Assembly (NCBI RefSeq): GCF_964355755.1
Contig: NC_092680.1
Coordinates: forward strand, 12,347,045-12,411,044
Source: Antedon mediterranea
Lineage: Eukaryota > Animalia > Echinodermata
Reading direction: 5' to 3'
Length of the DNA: 64,000 nucleotides
Part shown: one piece after another, positions 24,801 to 36,419 of the stretch
How the letters are laid out: each line of letters begins with the position of its first letter
Numbering within the stretch: the first letter of the stretch is position 1
Made by a program: the position numbers and the translations under genes
Notes under the pieces: generated by a model
Seen by the model: the letters and a program-made list of their open reading frames with translations, nothing else
Told to the model about the DNA's origin: nothing
Database searches by the model: none

Positions 24801-25701
24801 GGGGGAGAGGGGTGGTAGTCGAAAGTGGTGGTGGATCTGCTTAGGTTACCAAATAAAAGAAGTAAACAAATGAAAGAGGAGCTTCAAAATAAGAGAGGAG
24901 TAATCTGTTGCAAAGATTAAAATTCACAACGATCTGATAATTTATTCAAATTTCCAGAGGATATAACCTATAAAATGACATTAAAACTGGGAATTACAGA
25001 ATCTATAATTAAAAATTAATTTTTTTTCTCACAACACAACTAGAACTATATAAAACATTAAGAATTTTTCTGAACAATGAGTTTCAAATCAAATAATCAA
25101 AGAAAATAAAATGTTTTTACTAATATACCATGTTTTTTTTTTATAAAAATGCCTATGTTTCTCGCAACACTGCTTCTAGATTTTAAATTTACCCCAGTAT
25201 TTTATTTTAGAAATCAATTATTAAACATTAGAACTACCTATTTGTAATAAATCAGCTAAAAAAATACACCACTTTGGGCGTTATGGTGAAGTAAAGTTTA
25301 GTTGCATTGAACAATTTAAAAAAAGTGAAAAACACCCCTTTTTAAATAAATGGTATCTCCCAAAGTATAAAATAAAAAAAAATAAAAAAAAATTGAAACA
25401 GGTACACAATGCATTGTTATTATGCATACACTAATTATTTTTTATAATTAAATGAACAACACAAAAATATCGTTCATCAAAGTAGTACCAATATCCATTT
25501 TAAAAAACCTTAAAAAAGGACAAAATTTGTCAAAAACACAAATTTGGCCGTTGCCATGGAAATATACGTGTGAAATAAAAAATACTTCATATTTGATTTC
25601 TCTCAACACATATATAGCCATGTGCAAAATTTGAAAGAAATCCATTTTTTTGAGTCTGCCACTTTTTTTGATATTTCTTTGATTCTTACAGACAATGGCT
25701 C
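21826..25701. mobile_element. Kolobok-like non-autonomous DNA transposon (TTAA TSD, long imperfect TIRs)
   Basis: TTAA|GAGCCATTGTCTGTAA ... TTACAGACAATGGCTC|TTAA. Patchy inverted similarity extends about 540 bp (GTGGCAGA, ATGGATTTCT, AAAAAGGGGTGTT, CCAAAGTGGTGT, CTGGGGTAAATTT). TTAA TSD with purine-purine termini fits Kolobok rather than piggyBac. No transposase ORF. Confidence 0.85.
23546..24068. mobile_element. pogo/Tigger-like MITE nested in the Kolobok-like element
   Basis: TA|CAGTTGAACCTCCCGTAAGTGGCCACC... with repeated subterminal (G)TGGCCGCTTAC/GGGAGGT motifs. The right end GGGAGGTGGCCGCTG|TA appears internally deleted. Confidence 0.75.
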
Positions 25702-25705
25702 TTAA

Positions 25706-25912
25706 ATGTCTTTTTATGTTCATTATCATATATTATATATATTTCTTACCTTAACTTACTTTTAATTATGTTGCCAGGACCCCACATTTTAAAGCTTAAG
25801 CTTCCTGTGGGGTACTTTTTCTCATTTATTATCTATTATTTTTAGAAAATGTTAACTGTTTTTTTGTGTTTTTATTTGAGAAATAAAAATTATTGATTGA
25901 TTGATTGATTGA
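25706..25912 (+). mobile_element. LINE 3'UTR with (ATTG)n tail; the Kolobok-like element appears to have inserted into it
   Basis: Stem-loop ACCCCACA...TGTGGGGT at 25779-25813, AATAAA, then (ATTG)5. Probably continues the AT-rich sequence at 21745-21825 on the other side of the TTAA. Confidence 0.65.
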
Positions 25913-25913
25913 A

Positions 25914-26690
25914 AAACATAGAAATTATCAACGTTGAAACAACGTTAAAATAAGTAACGTTGAAATAACGTTGAAAAAATGGTTCAAAATGAAAGTTTGC
26001 CTCAACTTAAATGTCAACGTTGAATCAACATAGAAATTATCAAATGTCAACGTTGAATCAACATAGAAATCATCAACGTTGAAACAATGTTAAAATAGGT
26101 AACGTTGAAAAAATGGTTGAAAATGAAAGTTTGCCTCAACGTTAATGTCAACGTTGAATCAACATAGAAATTATCAACGTTGAAACAACGTTAAAATAAG
26201 TAACGTTGAAATAACGTTGAAAAATTGGTTGAAATGAAAGTTTGCCTCAACAAAAATGTCAACGTTGATTCAACATAGATTATCAACGTTGAAACAACGT
26301 AAAAATGTCTACGTTGAAATTATCAATGTTGATTCAATGTTGAAATTATCAACGTTGAAACAACGTAATAATTAAGTTGAAATGAAAATTTGCATCAACG
26401 TAAATTTCAACATAGATTTAACGTTGAAATTATCAACGTTGATTCAATGTTGAAATATTAAAGTTAAATCAACATTATCCGCAAACGTTGAAATAACGCT
26501 GAAAAACTGTTGAATTAAAGTTTAAATTAAAAAAAATATCAACGTTGATCCATTGTAGAGTAATCAACCAAATTCAAGGTAGAAAAAATAACGTTTAATC
26601 AATGTAGGCCTATACAGATTAACGTTGATTCAGTGTAAACACATTTTTACCGTTGATTCAACATAGAAATTATCAACATTAATTTAACAT
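25914..26690. repeat. AACGTT-rich tandem repeat (about 115-bp unit, decaying to the right)
   Basis: Recurrent AACATAGAAATTATCAACGTTGAAACAACGTTAAAATA...TGAAAGTTTGCCTCAAC, with many copies of the palindrome (C)AACGTT(G). Resembles subterminal repeats of a DNA transposon. Confidence 0.9.
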
Positions 26691-27673
26691 AGCAATGGTT
26701 TAGTTAATAGAAGAACAGCTTATAGTAACACAACCAAAATAAATCAAGCTGAAATCTGGCATATTTTCAATGGTAATTGATTTGTTGAATTACTATATAT
26801 ATCCAGTTTGAATCAACGGTTTTAAAGTAGTTGGTAGTAAAGTGTACTGTTACGTCACAGAATCCATCAATAGAGACATTTTATAAATACTGTATATCTT
26901 ACTAATCAACAAAAATAATACAGTAAAAAATTAATTGAAAGATTTATTGTCCCCAAAAAACATGAACAATGAAGATTAATACAATCACACTTTGAATACC
27001 TTGCCATTTTGCAATTTTAACAAAGATATTCACTCTCCGTAGAAAATAAACAAAAACAATAAAGATTTCTCTTAACAAAAATACAAAATAAAACAGTATA
27101 TTTAACCAAAAACCAATTGTTTGTTTAAATTGTCCCCCTTTTCAGGTACAAATGCATTTTTTTAAATCTAATTTTTGGTCAAAGTGAACAACTCTATAGT
27201 GACGGTATATTCAACAAAACATTTTTTTTTTAAAATTGTTCAGTTCAATTATATCTTTAACACATTGTTCAAAAATCATACTGTACATAAACAAAAATTC
27301 AATTCAGAACATCATTTCACACTTACACGTAAAATATGCAATCAATTCAATTCATGTAAATAATATTGCAACACTGTATTAATATTTATTCAATATTAAA
27401 GTTAAGAACTATAAATACCAACCTTTTGTATATAAGAATATTGATCATCCATTAGATTTTTCTCGTTTGATTCACATAGAAAAGATTATACATGTACTTC
27501 ATTATTTTGTACTCTAGCTAGGCATAGGCCTAAGAAGGGCCTTAGCTAGGCCTACAATCTGAAATAAAAAAAGCGAGTGAGTTTAAAAAATAGCCGTCCT
27601 AGGCTAGCATGTGTTTGTATACTATTAATACTAATAATAGCATTAGCAGCTACTGTAGACAGCCTGCAAAAAG

Positions 27674-28429
27674 CTAGGATCCTAGGTCAATTCACGTGAT
27701 TGCCTTCGCGCACTCTTCTTCACACACACCACTGGCACATGCATAATGTGTCGAGGCTAATCGACAGCTAGGCAAGACACATTCAACTAAGTAGTATTTG
27801 GACATAGCCCAAAGAAAGCTTAGACCCACAAGAATAAAGAGTGTGTATAATTTGTGTACTGTAATTTTTTTAATTCTGCTATTTTATTATCAAACAATAT
27901 GCATGTACTCAAAGGAACTTTAAAAATGCGCGTATATGAACACATGAGATGGAAAGATTAGACCCACGAGAATAAAAAATGTATTTTTGTGTAATGTTTT
28001 ATATTGTTTAATTTTGCTGACTTATTACTCGGACTGTGTCATACCTAACACACACACACACGTCACACACACCCACACAATATAGACATGGGTTTAGAAA
28101 CTAATCAATCATTAGGCCTAATAGTATTAATAGAAACTATAATTTTAACGCGTAATTCTTTAGTAATAAATTATATTAAAAACACCATAAACTAAAGGCT
28201 GATTATTTCGACAATCCACACAAAACGCCGTTTTTATTCTTTTATGAAATCGCACGCCGCAACCACAGCGGAGATAGGCCTAGAATCGTACCGCACTTGT
28301 GTAATAGCTTCTTGTTGCTATACGCTTGGGTGCACACGGAACAAGAAAATTTAACTGATGAATTATTCATGTTTATTTTGTGACGTTACATGAGGGGTCC
28401 CCAACTTATGTACGAAAAAAAAAAATCGC
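27674..28429 (+). mobile_element. Second copy of the MULE-like element (internal region plus right TIR only)
   Basis: Colinear and highly similar to 17133-17925 (CTAGGTCAATTCA...GAAAAAAAAAATCGC). No left TIR found nearby. Confidence 0.9.
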
Positions 28430-28587
28430 CCCCGGCCTGCGTGAAATCAAATCTGCGATATTTGCATTGCTGTTGCGTCGTCGGTTCCCACGTGATTACG
28501 CAATGCAGCACTTTGCGTCAATACGTCGTTGCGTTGCGTTACGGTACGTCGCTAGTGGGAACCACGCTTAATGGGAACCAAGCTTTA
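28430..28587. mobile_element. Partial Harbinger-type MITE (TAGTGGGAACCA family, subtype B)
   Basis: Matches 37274-37380 (GCCTGCGTGAAATCAAA.CTGCGAT...GTGATTACGCAAT) and ends CTAGTGGGAACCACGCTTAA / TGGGAACCAAGCTTTA. Confidence 0.75.
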
Positions 28588-28589
28588 GC

Positions 28590-29125
28590 ATGGGTTGTAA
28601 CATATGGTTTTCACAAAATAATGTCCTTGATAAATTTTATATAATTAATAAAATAAAAGAAAGGCTAACCGATATGGAACGCCAATCCTTTCTTGAAAGC
28701 ATAAATATTTCTTCAAAATTAAGATATTATAAAATGTTCAAAAACAATTTCGGAGTAGATGGATACTTACTACAGACCCTTAATACTAGATATAGCGAGC
28801 TTTAAGTCAACTAAGACTGGGCACACTTCAACTAGAGGTAGAAAAGGGAAGATGGAAAAGAATAGAGCGCAGCAATAGGTTATGTAAAATATGCAATATA
28901 AATGAAGTTGAAGATGAATATCATTTTGTTACAGTTTGCTCTCGTTACAAGGAAATCAGAAAAAAATGTATACCTTCTTTATTTTTTGAAAATCCAAATA
29001 CTTTTAAATTCTGCCGTTTAATGTCATTAGAGGATCCAATAATTATTGATAATCTATCTAAATATATTTATCATGCTCATAAGTTAAGATATATGTTTTG
29101 CTTAGAGAACGAAATTAATTAATTC
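28590..29125 (+). mobile_element. LINE ORF2 C-terminal fragment with CCHC zinc knuckle (RTE-X-like), frameshifted
   Basis: SSKLRYYKMFK then, after a frameshift near 28800, QLRLGTLQLEVEKGRW..IERSNRLCKICNINEVEDEYHFVTVCSRY (CxxC-x8-H-x4-C). Confidence 0.85.
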
Positions 29126-30055
29126 ATTTATCTTGTGACCATAAATTGCTTTATTTTTCAATGTAATTATTATTTTGTTAATTACTAGGGTCCAGAGGCC
29201 TAAAGTAAATAAATTCAGGCGATAAGCCAGAATGAATGAATGAAAGAATGTAAAGAGGATAGAAACACGTTGACCGTATCGAGGTACCACACACAGTGTA
29301 GTGAGCATGATTGTCCTCATGAGCCCGAGGACGACTAACCCACGAGATACATCTCTCCTCATCATTTAATTAATAACCATTTGCATATTCAATAATAGAA
29401 CAAATACAGATTAAAATATATAAAGTAAATTTGCTCAGATTCCAGTGAAAGAGCACAGTAAATATACGGGCATCAATAAAATTGCTATCTACTGTATTTT
29501 TATACAATATTAATGTATGTAAAGTGTGCGTAGGCTAGATATTGTTCGTTTCTCAAAAATTGATTTTGATTATTAGCATAACAAATGTTTTCGTTGTAAC
29601 AATCTGTTGTATAATTTATAAAGGGTCTAAAATGATCTAGTTGTTTAATAGATTGGGGGCGCCTGAACAAGTCAACCCTACAAAACCATGAATGTACAGA
29701 AATTGCTGTGCACGACACACCAATTAAAACCGTGTGTTCAACAACAAATGTCATAAAAGTTAATTATTTTTAGTAACAACGGAAATGACGTATGAGAGAA
29801 GCTCTTTTGAGTTAATTTCAGGTATTTGTTTACAAGTGTCATAGTGTGTCCTTCCCACAACAGGAAATGGAAAGTATTGCAGCGTTAGTTACAATGTTAG
29901 TTAGCTTGTTTTTCATTGGTCAATTAGGATGGGAAAAAAATCTTACAACCAAAATAATGTAACCGGCTTCGATTGGCTGTGCTTGACGTAAGATGGGAGG
30001 ATAAAAAAGGATACACTTTGGTTGAACAGCTACATGTTCTGTATATCATATTGGA

Positions 30056-30345
30056 AGTAAACACAAACGCACGTGGAAAGCAGACTACACTATTACTTAG
30101 TGGTATACAAGTGAAACACAAATGCACGTGGAAAGCAGAACTACACTAGTACTTTGTGGTATACCAGTGAAACACGAACGCACGTGGAAAGCAGACCACA
30201 CTAGTACTTAGTGGTATATAAGCAGACCAAACTATTACTTAGTGTTATACCAGTGAGACACGAACGCACGTGGAAAGCCGCGAACTACACTAGTAGTGGT
30301 ATACCAGTGGAAGTAAACACAAACGCACTTGGAAGACAGGACTAC
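30056..30345. repeat. Minisatellite, about 56-bp unit, about 5 copies
   Basis: Unit AAACAC(A/G)AACGCACGTGGAAAGCAGACTACACTAGTACTTAGTGGTATACCAGTG. GCACGTGGAAAGC at about 30068, 30124, 30180 and 30266, and a GCACTTGGAA variant at 30326. Confidence 0.92.
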
Positions 30346-30761
30346 TAAAAGACAAACATGGCAAGTATAATATTTATTGTATCTACTGATCTTGGTTCGC
30401 ATAATTGTAAACAAACTCACTTATTACTAATATCATTAGGCCTACTTACTTAAATCACAAATACAATGTTATGCCTAACGTATACTTTACGGTCTGTGAT
30501 ACGTATTACTGTGACATACTTAATTAAGTATGCCCTTACCGCGTACTTTATGATATTAGCAGTAGTAGACCAATTAATTTGATTAGTTCATAATGCGTCG
30601 ATCAATGTATACAAAAAGTGGTCACTAAAAATTAGGAAAAAGGAAAATTACAATTACGCGTTTTAAACGCACGAGGACTAGATGTATGTTATAGGAAAAG
30701 GCAACTTATAACAAGCGAGTGTTCTAATATGCTACACCTACGTAAAATGATAGGTTTCATA

Positions 30762-30945
30762 GTAGAGAATTTTTCTTTTTGTTGATCGAATCGATCGAAA
30801 GTTACTAAAAATTGTACTTACTTCAACGTTTCACAAACATTCAATTGATCTTGGTTACAGTCTGGTCAATACGTCTCATCAAAACGTTGGTGTAAGAACC
30901 ATTTTCAGTACTTTTCGATCGACAAAATAGAAAAATTCCTTCTAT
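30762..30945. mobile_element. Fold-back element / MITE of about 180 bp (imperfect inverted repeat)
   Basis: Left GAATTTTTCT.TTTGT..GATCGAAAGTTACTAAAAAT..CAACGTTT mirrors right AAACGTTGG..ATTTTCAGTACTTTTCGATCGACAAAATAGAAAAATTC. Confidence 0.65.
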
Positions 30946-33124
30946 AATAATAGGATCCAAATGATTTTTTGTCCAAAACAGTGTTAATATTGTTCTAAGC
31001 TACCAATTTGCATGACGAAAATGCATGTAGAGTGTCCGCTTCTCTCGTTATTAGTAAACTGATTGTACTCGTTAATAACTATAGCCCACTTCTACAACAC
31101 TTCATTGTATTCTAATCCTTTTCTATATTAATTTCTGTTCTAAGAGACACGTTGTCTATGTCTGACGTTTTCCTTATTTTTATTTAACAAGAAGATATTA
31201 GTTAATGTTGTAGTATTGAATTGTCGAATTGACATTATAACCATATTAGGCAAATCCATTGAGCAAACAATTTACTTCCTTTTACATTGGAAAAAACGTA
31301 AATACGTATTACAAGAACGTGTTTACAGCTTGAAATATCTTAATATAATCTTCCGCACGAGTTTACATAAAACGGTCGAGGCAGTTCAGATTTAGATGTT
31401 TATGTTTCTCTACTTTGAAGCAGCAATATAATAACATAAAAATGAATTGTGATTACAGCGTTGTTATAAACAAAAAATAATTATCCTTGGAATATTAAGC
31501 TGGAGAGGGAAAATTCTAGTTCCATGAATATTTTTACTATAAAATTGAAATAATCCCAAACAAGATATATTATATTATACTTGTTTTAAATTGCGCATAT
31601 TGCGGAGCATAATTCTGCGTGGTTCTGTAACTAGATAGTGTATAATGATATTCTTGTATTGAATATACAGAATTTGAGATTATAATCTTAAAAATTGTTT
31701 AACAGTATAGAAGAATTACGTCACCTTTTAAAAGCTAGGGTTTGTTGCGCCAGTATAAAGGTCTTTCACGCCTGTTGGTACGGTTCCGGTCCGGCGCCGT
31801 CAAATAAAATTGAACGTCAATGTTTTGTTTTCACGCGGCTAAGCGCACATTGATTGGCCGCGTGGGACAATAATTAAATTCATCATTCACAATCAAACAT
31901 GAGGATGATCTGCACCTTGTTGAAACAAGAAAGTGATTCTGCGGTAATTTTTGTTTATTTCAATTTTTTTTGTCGTATTTATATGGTTTTGGTTTTATTT
32001 GTAATATCACGTCACGAACTTTCAATATTGATTGAACAAGTTGTACTGTGACTAGTCTTCGACAACACTATTTCCATTCCTGATTTCTCCTCTCCTTGCC
32101 TCTCTCCCTTTTGATTTGACTCTTAGATTTTTATTTATTTAATCTTTTTTTTTATTTATTTTTCTTCTTTTTTTTTACTGTCATTTAGCCTATATTTATA
32201 TTATATTTTATTTCTGTTAAAAGAAAGTCTTTAAACAGTGATTGGGTTTTGACAATCCTGTCTTTTTGTTTCTTTTTTATTTTTATGTATTCTGTTGTAA
32301 TTGTAATGAGCCGATATTGAATAAATCAAATCAGTCACGTGAATAAATAAAGTTTATATATATATACCTAACATAATATTGCATTTTAACTGCATGTTAA
32401 ATAGAAATACATATGATAGCTGACCTATCATGCTTTTTATTTACCGGTTCGGTTCGTCACCGCCAAAGTAGCGAATGCCTACTTATGCCCATAACACAGA
32501 CGTACTGAGTAAACAACTAATTCCTAGAATGTATGTCAACAACAAATTACATTATATCGCTTCGTAACATTATTATACCATGTTACATGTTAATGACATC
32601 CAATTCCTAATAGAATGTCTGTCGGGGTTGTTTCTCATAAGTAGGCCTATAATATACACCTGCAGCCATCATAATAAACACCATGTGTGTGTCCGGTATG
32701 AACATACAATATATTCTTTAAAAAATTCTTTTCTAATAAATATGAATAACTTAATTGGTCCGGTGAGCACACGATGCCAACTGTTTTCAATTTACATAGA
32801 CAGATTATACACGTAACCTCGAAATAATAATAGTACTTATTCTATTTTGAGAATTCCTAGAACGGTAATGGAAGCAATAGTAATAACTTTGAACCAACTT
32901 AATAATTAGTATTATTAGACGAATATCCTGCGTGTAGTAGGCCTACATACATGCGATTGTTTGAATGCAGCCCAAATAATAACATACTTTGTTCCTACAT
33001 CCAGATCGCTTCGTGGTCCTTGATTTCTAAAGCAACACTGAATGTGCCGTTTTAATAACTAAACTATACCTTTACAAAGCACATTCACAAAAGGTACACA
33101 GTTATTGATATCCAATTGTGTATA

Positions 33125-33582
33125 GCTGTCACTAGGTAGACCTTAACTGACTATTGACAGTCATCAATATATCGAGTCTAGGCTAATAATGTTAACAATA
33201 TGTATATAACGCGTTCCACAAATTTCGTCTCAATGCGTTAAATATTAGTAACAAGTTTTTTTTTCTAGTGGAACCAGTGTTATAGCTCTTTGGGCTGATT
33301 TAGTATCTCCGGACACACTAAACTATTATGCCTATCATGCATTGGAATACCGGTATTGCTTTGTGTGAATAAAATTAACTATATTTCCGTCTCAATGTGT
33401 ATTACTGTATATACCTTTAATTCGTGTTAACCTTGTCAAGAAGTTCATATATGTAATGCATAATGTAAATGTATTAATAAATCTCCCTCCAGAGACAGGT
33501 ATAAAATGTATTAACAGTATTTAACATAGACACGATATCTAGATGACTGTCAATAGTCAGTTAATATCTACCTAGTGACAGC
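33125..33582. mobile_element. MITE with about 70-bp TIRs
   Basis: GCTGTCACTAGGTAGACCTTAACTGACTATTGACAGTCATC... versus ...GATGACTGTCAATAGTCAGTTAATATCTACCTAGTGACAGC. No clear TSD. Confidence 0.8.
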
Positions 33583-33828
33583 CTCAAATGAACTACATCA
33601 TGATGCATTAATTAATTCTACTGATGATCAGTTAAACAGAATGTGCTTTGTCATAATGACAACGACAACGACAACGACAAGTATAATATGAATTAACAAT
33701 CAGCAGATCATTACAAACATGTCAGATTTGTAACATTTAAAAATTGCAGAATATATACCAGTAGGCCTACCTTAATAATACATGCAAGCCTTTTAAACTT
33801 AAATTCAATAGACATAGCCAAACCAGCT

Positions 33829-34230
33829 GTGTATTTTAGCTATATCTGCATATTGATTTAAAATGAACACAGTGTTCGCCAGAGCACTGCCCTAGATCGC
33901 GTTCACATGACATAAATGTCCAAGTATTAACCGTTTATTCGGACCCAGATCAGAAAATATGCCTTTGTGTTTTAACTATATAGGCCTATGCATATTGATT
34001 TATAATAAACATTTGCGTTCACATGATATACATTTGTAAGTATTAACCGTTTATTCGGACCCAGATAGTACTATTATATGCCTTTGTATTTTAACTATAC
34101 CTGCATATTGATTTAAAATGAACACAGTGTTCGGTAAAGAGCATTGCCCTACATTGCGTTTACACGACATAAATTTGCAATATTAACCGTTTATTATTCA
34201 ACCCCAGATCAGAAAATATCTGGCTTTGTT
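33829..34230. repeat. Tandem repeat, about 125-135-bp unit, 3 copies
   Basis: TGCATATTGATTTA(A) and TATTAACCGTTTATT...CCCAGAT each occur about three times at this spacing. Confidence 0.9.
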
Positions 34231-34649
34231 TTTCAAATGAACCTTTTGGTTATTGGCAGATAAAATAGTACTATGTATAAAAGTAATTAATGTCGGTAGG
34301 TTTATGTTGTGCTATTCTTGGGCTATATAACCTGAATTATGAGACATGTCCTATTACAGAGCAGACATCGAGGCCCCGTAAGAAACGTCACTGGTTGCAT
34401 ACACATCGTAAACTCATGTTCCAATATTCAATATTTGGTCAATAAAAAGAAACGAATATTGAAAATAATATAGATCATTTATGTAGTGTTTATTAATATG
34501 CCTCGTATATCTAGAATGAATGTCTTGTTTAGTAATTACAAAAAACGAACATCATTGTCCTATATTGAGTCACTGTTTTATCACACATTCTTCATATCAT
34601 TATCATCGTTATTATCAGTATCTTTACGTAATAATGATTATGATCACAC

Positions 34650-35265
34650 AGCTTGGTTCCTACTGACGCACCAGCGTATGCGGGTCGCACGAACAAATCG
34701 GGTCGTGACCAATCAATGGATCACCCCTCCCCCCTACGTCATTGTATTAGTGTCTATCACTTCGCGTTGTGCCTACGTCGTTACGTTGTTTCAACGTCGT
34801 TACGTCGTGCATACGTCGTTACGTTGTGCCTACGACGTTAAAGCGTGGTTCCCACTAGCGACGCAACACAAGGACGTAACGCAACGCAAGTGAATTGATC
34901 AATCACAAGCGATGGCTTATTCGCTTGTGATTGCTAACTGTCTATACTTCGCTTGCCATTGGTTAAAACGCTTGCGTTGCGTTTACGTCTTTGCGTTACG
35001 TTCTAGTGGGAACCAAGCTTTACGTTCTAGTGGGAACCAAGCTTTAAGCGTGGTTCCCCTAAAGCGTAATCACAAGTGGGAACCGACGACGCAATAGTGC
35101 TGCAAACGTCGCAGGTTTAATTTCACGTAGGCGGGGGCAAACATAATTATTGGAAGGGCATTTGCTTACGTTGCGTAGATTGCGTTACGTTGCGCCGCTA
35201 GTGGGAACAAAGCTTTCTGTTGTGCCTACGTCATTGCGTTATGTCTAAGTGGGAATGAATCCTTA
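34650..35265. mobile_element. Cluster of nested Harbinger-type MITEs (AGCxTGGTTCCCACTAG TIR family)
   Basis: Multiple termini AGC(G/T)TGGTTCC / GGGAACCAAGCT flanked by TAA/TTA. Complete units at about 34842-35018 and 35047-35215 sit inside an outer unit, and one right end is duplicated (35022-35044). Confidence 0.8.
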
Positions 35266-36419
35266 ATATTGTATCCCTTTCATTCAATCAATAATAATTA
35301 TTATCTTAGACATTGAAAAGGTTTGGCAACTCCATCAATTTGTCACCGGAAGATGATGACAAATGAGTATAAAAAAGATGCAGTATCTGTTTCTCAAAAA
35401 ATAGTGAGACATTTTTGTCATTTTGTTCTAGTTAGATTCTATTTTATGATATACACCAGCTTAAAATCAGGTACGCATCCATTAATGCTATAATTTGAAT
35501 TGATTGTCTTACCTATGAGTGATTCAATCGCAGATGCCTCAGCCAATCAAAACACGAGACAACATTATAGTATACTGTATCGATGTTGCAAACAATATTA
35601 TTGTATTGAAACTGTTCGTTACAAGTACGTACGAATTTTAGGTGAATAGTATGTCGGCGAAGTGGCGTTCGGCAAAACGTCCCGTCGCCAAGTTTTAGAT
35701 ATTGAATATGATTTTATCCCAGACGTCCATGGCGAGGAAGCCCACTGAGCGAGAGCTCATACAAATTCAATAAAGTTTGCTTTATAATTTATGTAAATTT
35801 ATGCAGTAAAATATTGTCTGACAAAAATAGGGCCGCATGTAGCTTATCCAGGGCCGCGTGGAGATATTACGACGGACGCTCCAGTTTGAGACCCACAAGT
35901 TAGGTCTATTATATTGTTTGAAGGTTTCAATGACAGTAGTAGGTAGTGTATCGCAAACTTATGTCAATGCTCGATTACTGTCAAAACAGTGACGTCATAT
36001 TAGTAACGTGTCTGTCACGGTTTTGAACCTTGCAGTGTTACCATTAAATTGTATTCAGTTAAACTTTAGTTACTGTCAATGACACTGACGTAGCATTATT
36101 TATTTTTCCTACTCTTTTTTTTCCAAAACAATAAGTGCTTCCTCTGTTTGGATTTTTCCTTCCATCAACACATTCTTATTTCCGATAATTTTGATTTGTG
36201 AATTGGTCTAATTGTTTCGAATTTAAATAATAATACTGTAATGTTCATGACGCATATTCCAAAAGATGAATTTAAATTATATTGCTATGGAGACAAGGTC
36301 ATTTTATTAGTTGTTATCACATTCTCATTTTTCATTCTGAAGATAAATTTAAAAAGAAGAAATGGATATGTTATTACTCCCAAGGGCCGAGAAAGTATGA
36401 CTACCAACATCAAACGTTA

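Noticed and set aside
21826-25701. piggyBac assignment because of the TTAA TSD
   Set aside because: The termini are GA...TC rather than CC/CA...GG/TG.
30820-30895. Hammerhead ribozyme (minus strand TGATGA...GAAAC)
   Set aside because: The core reads TTGATGA rather than CTGATGA, GAAA does not directly follow stem II, and the pattern is explained by the fold-back symmetry.
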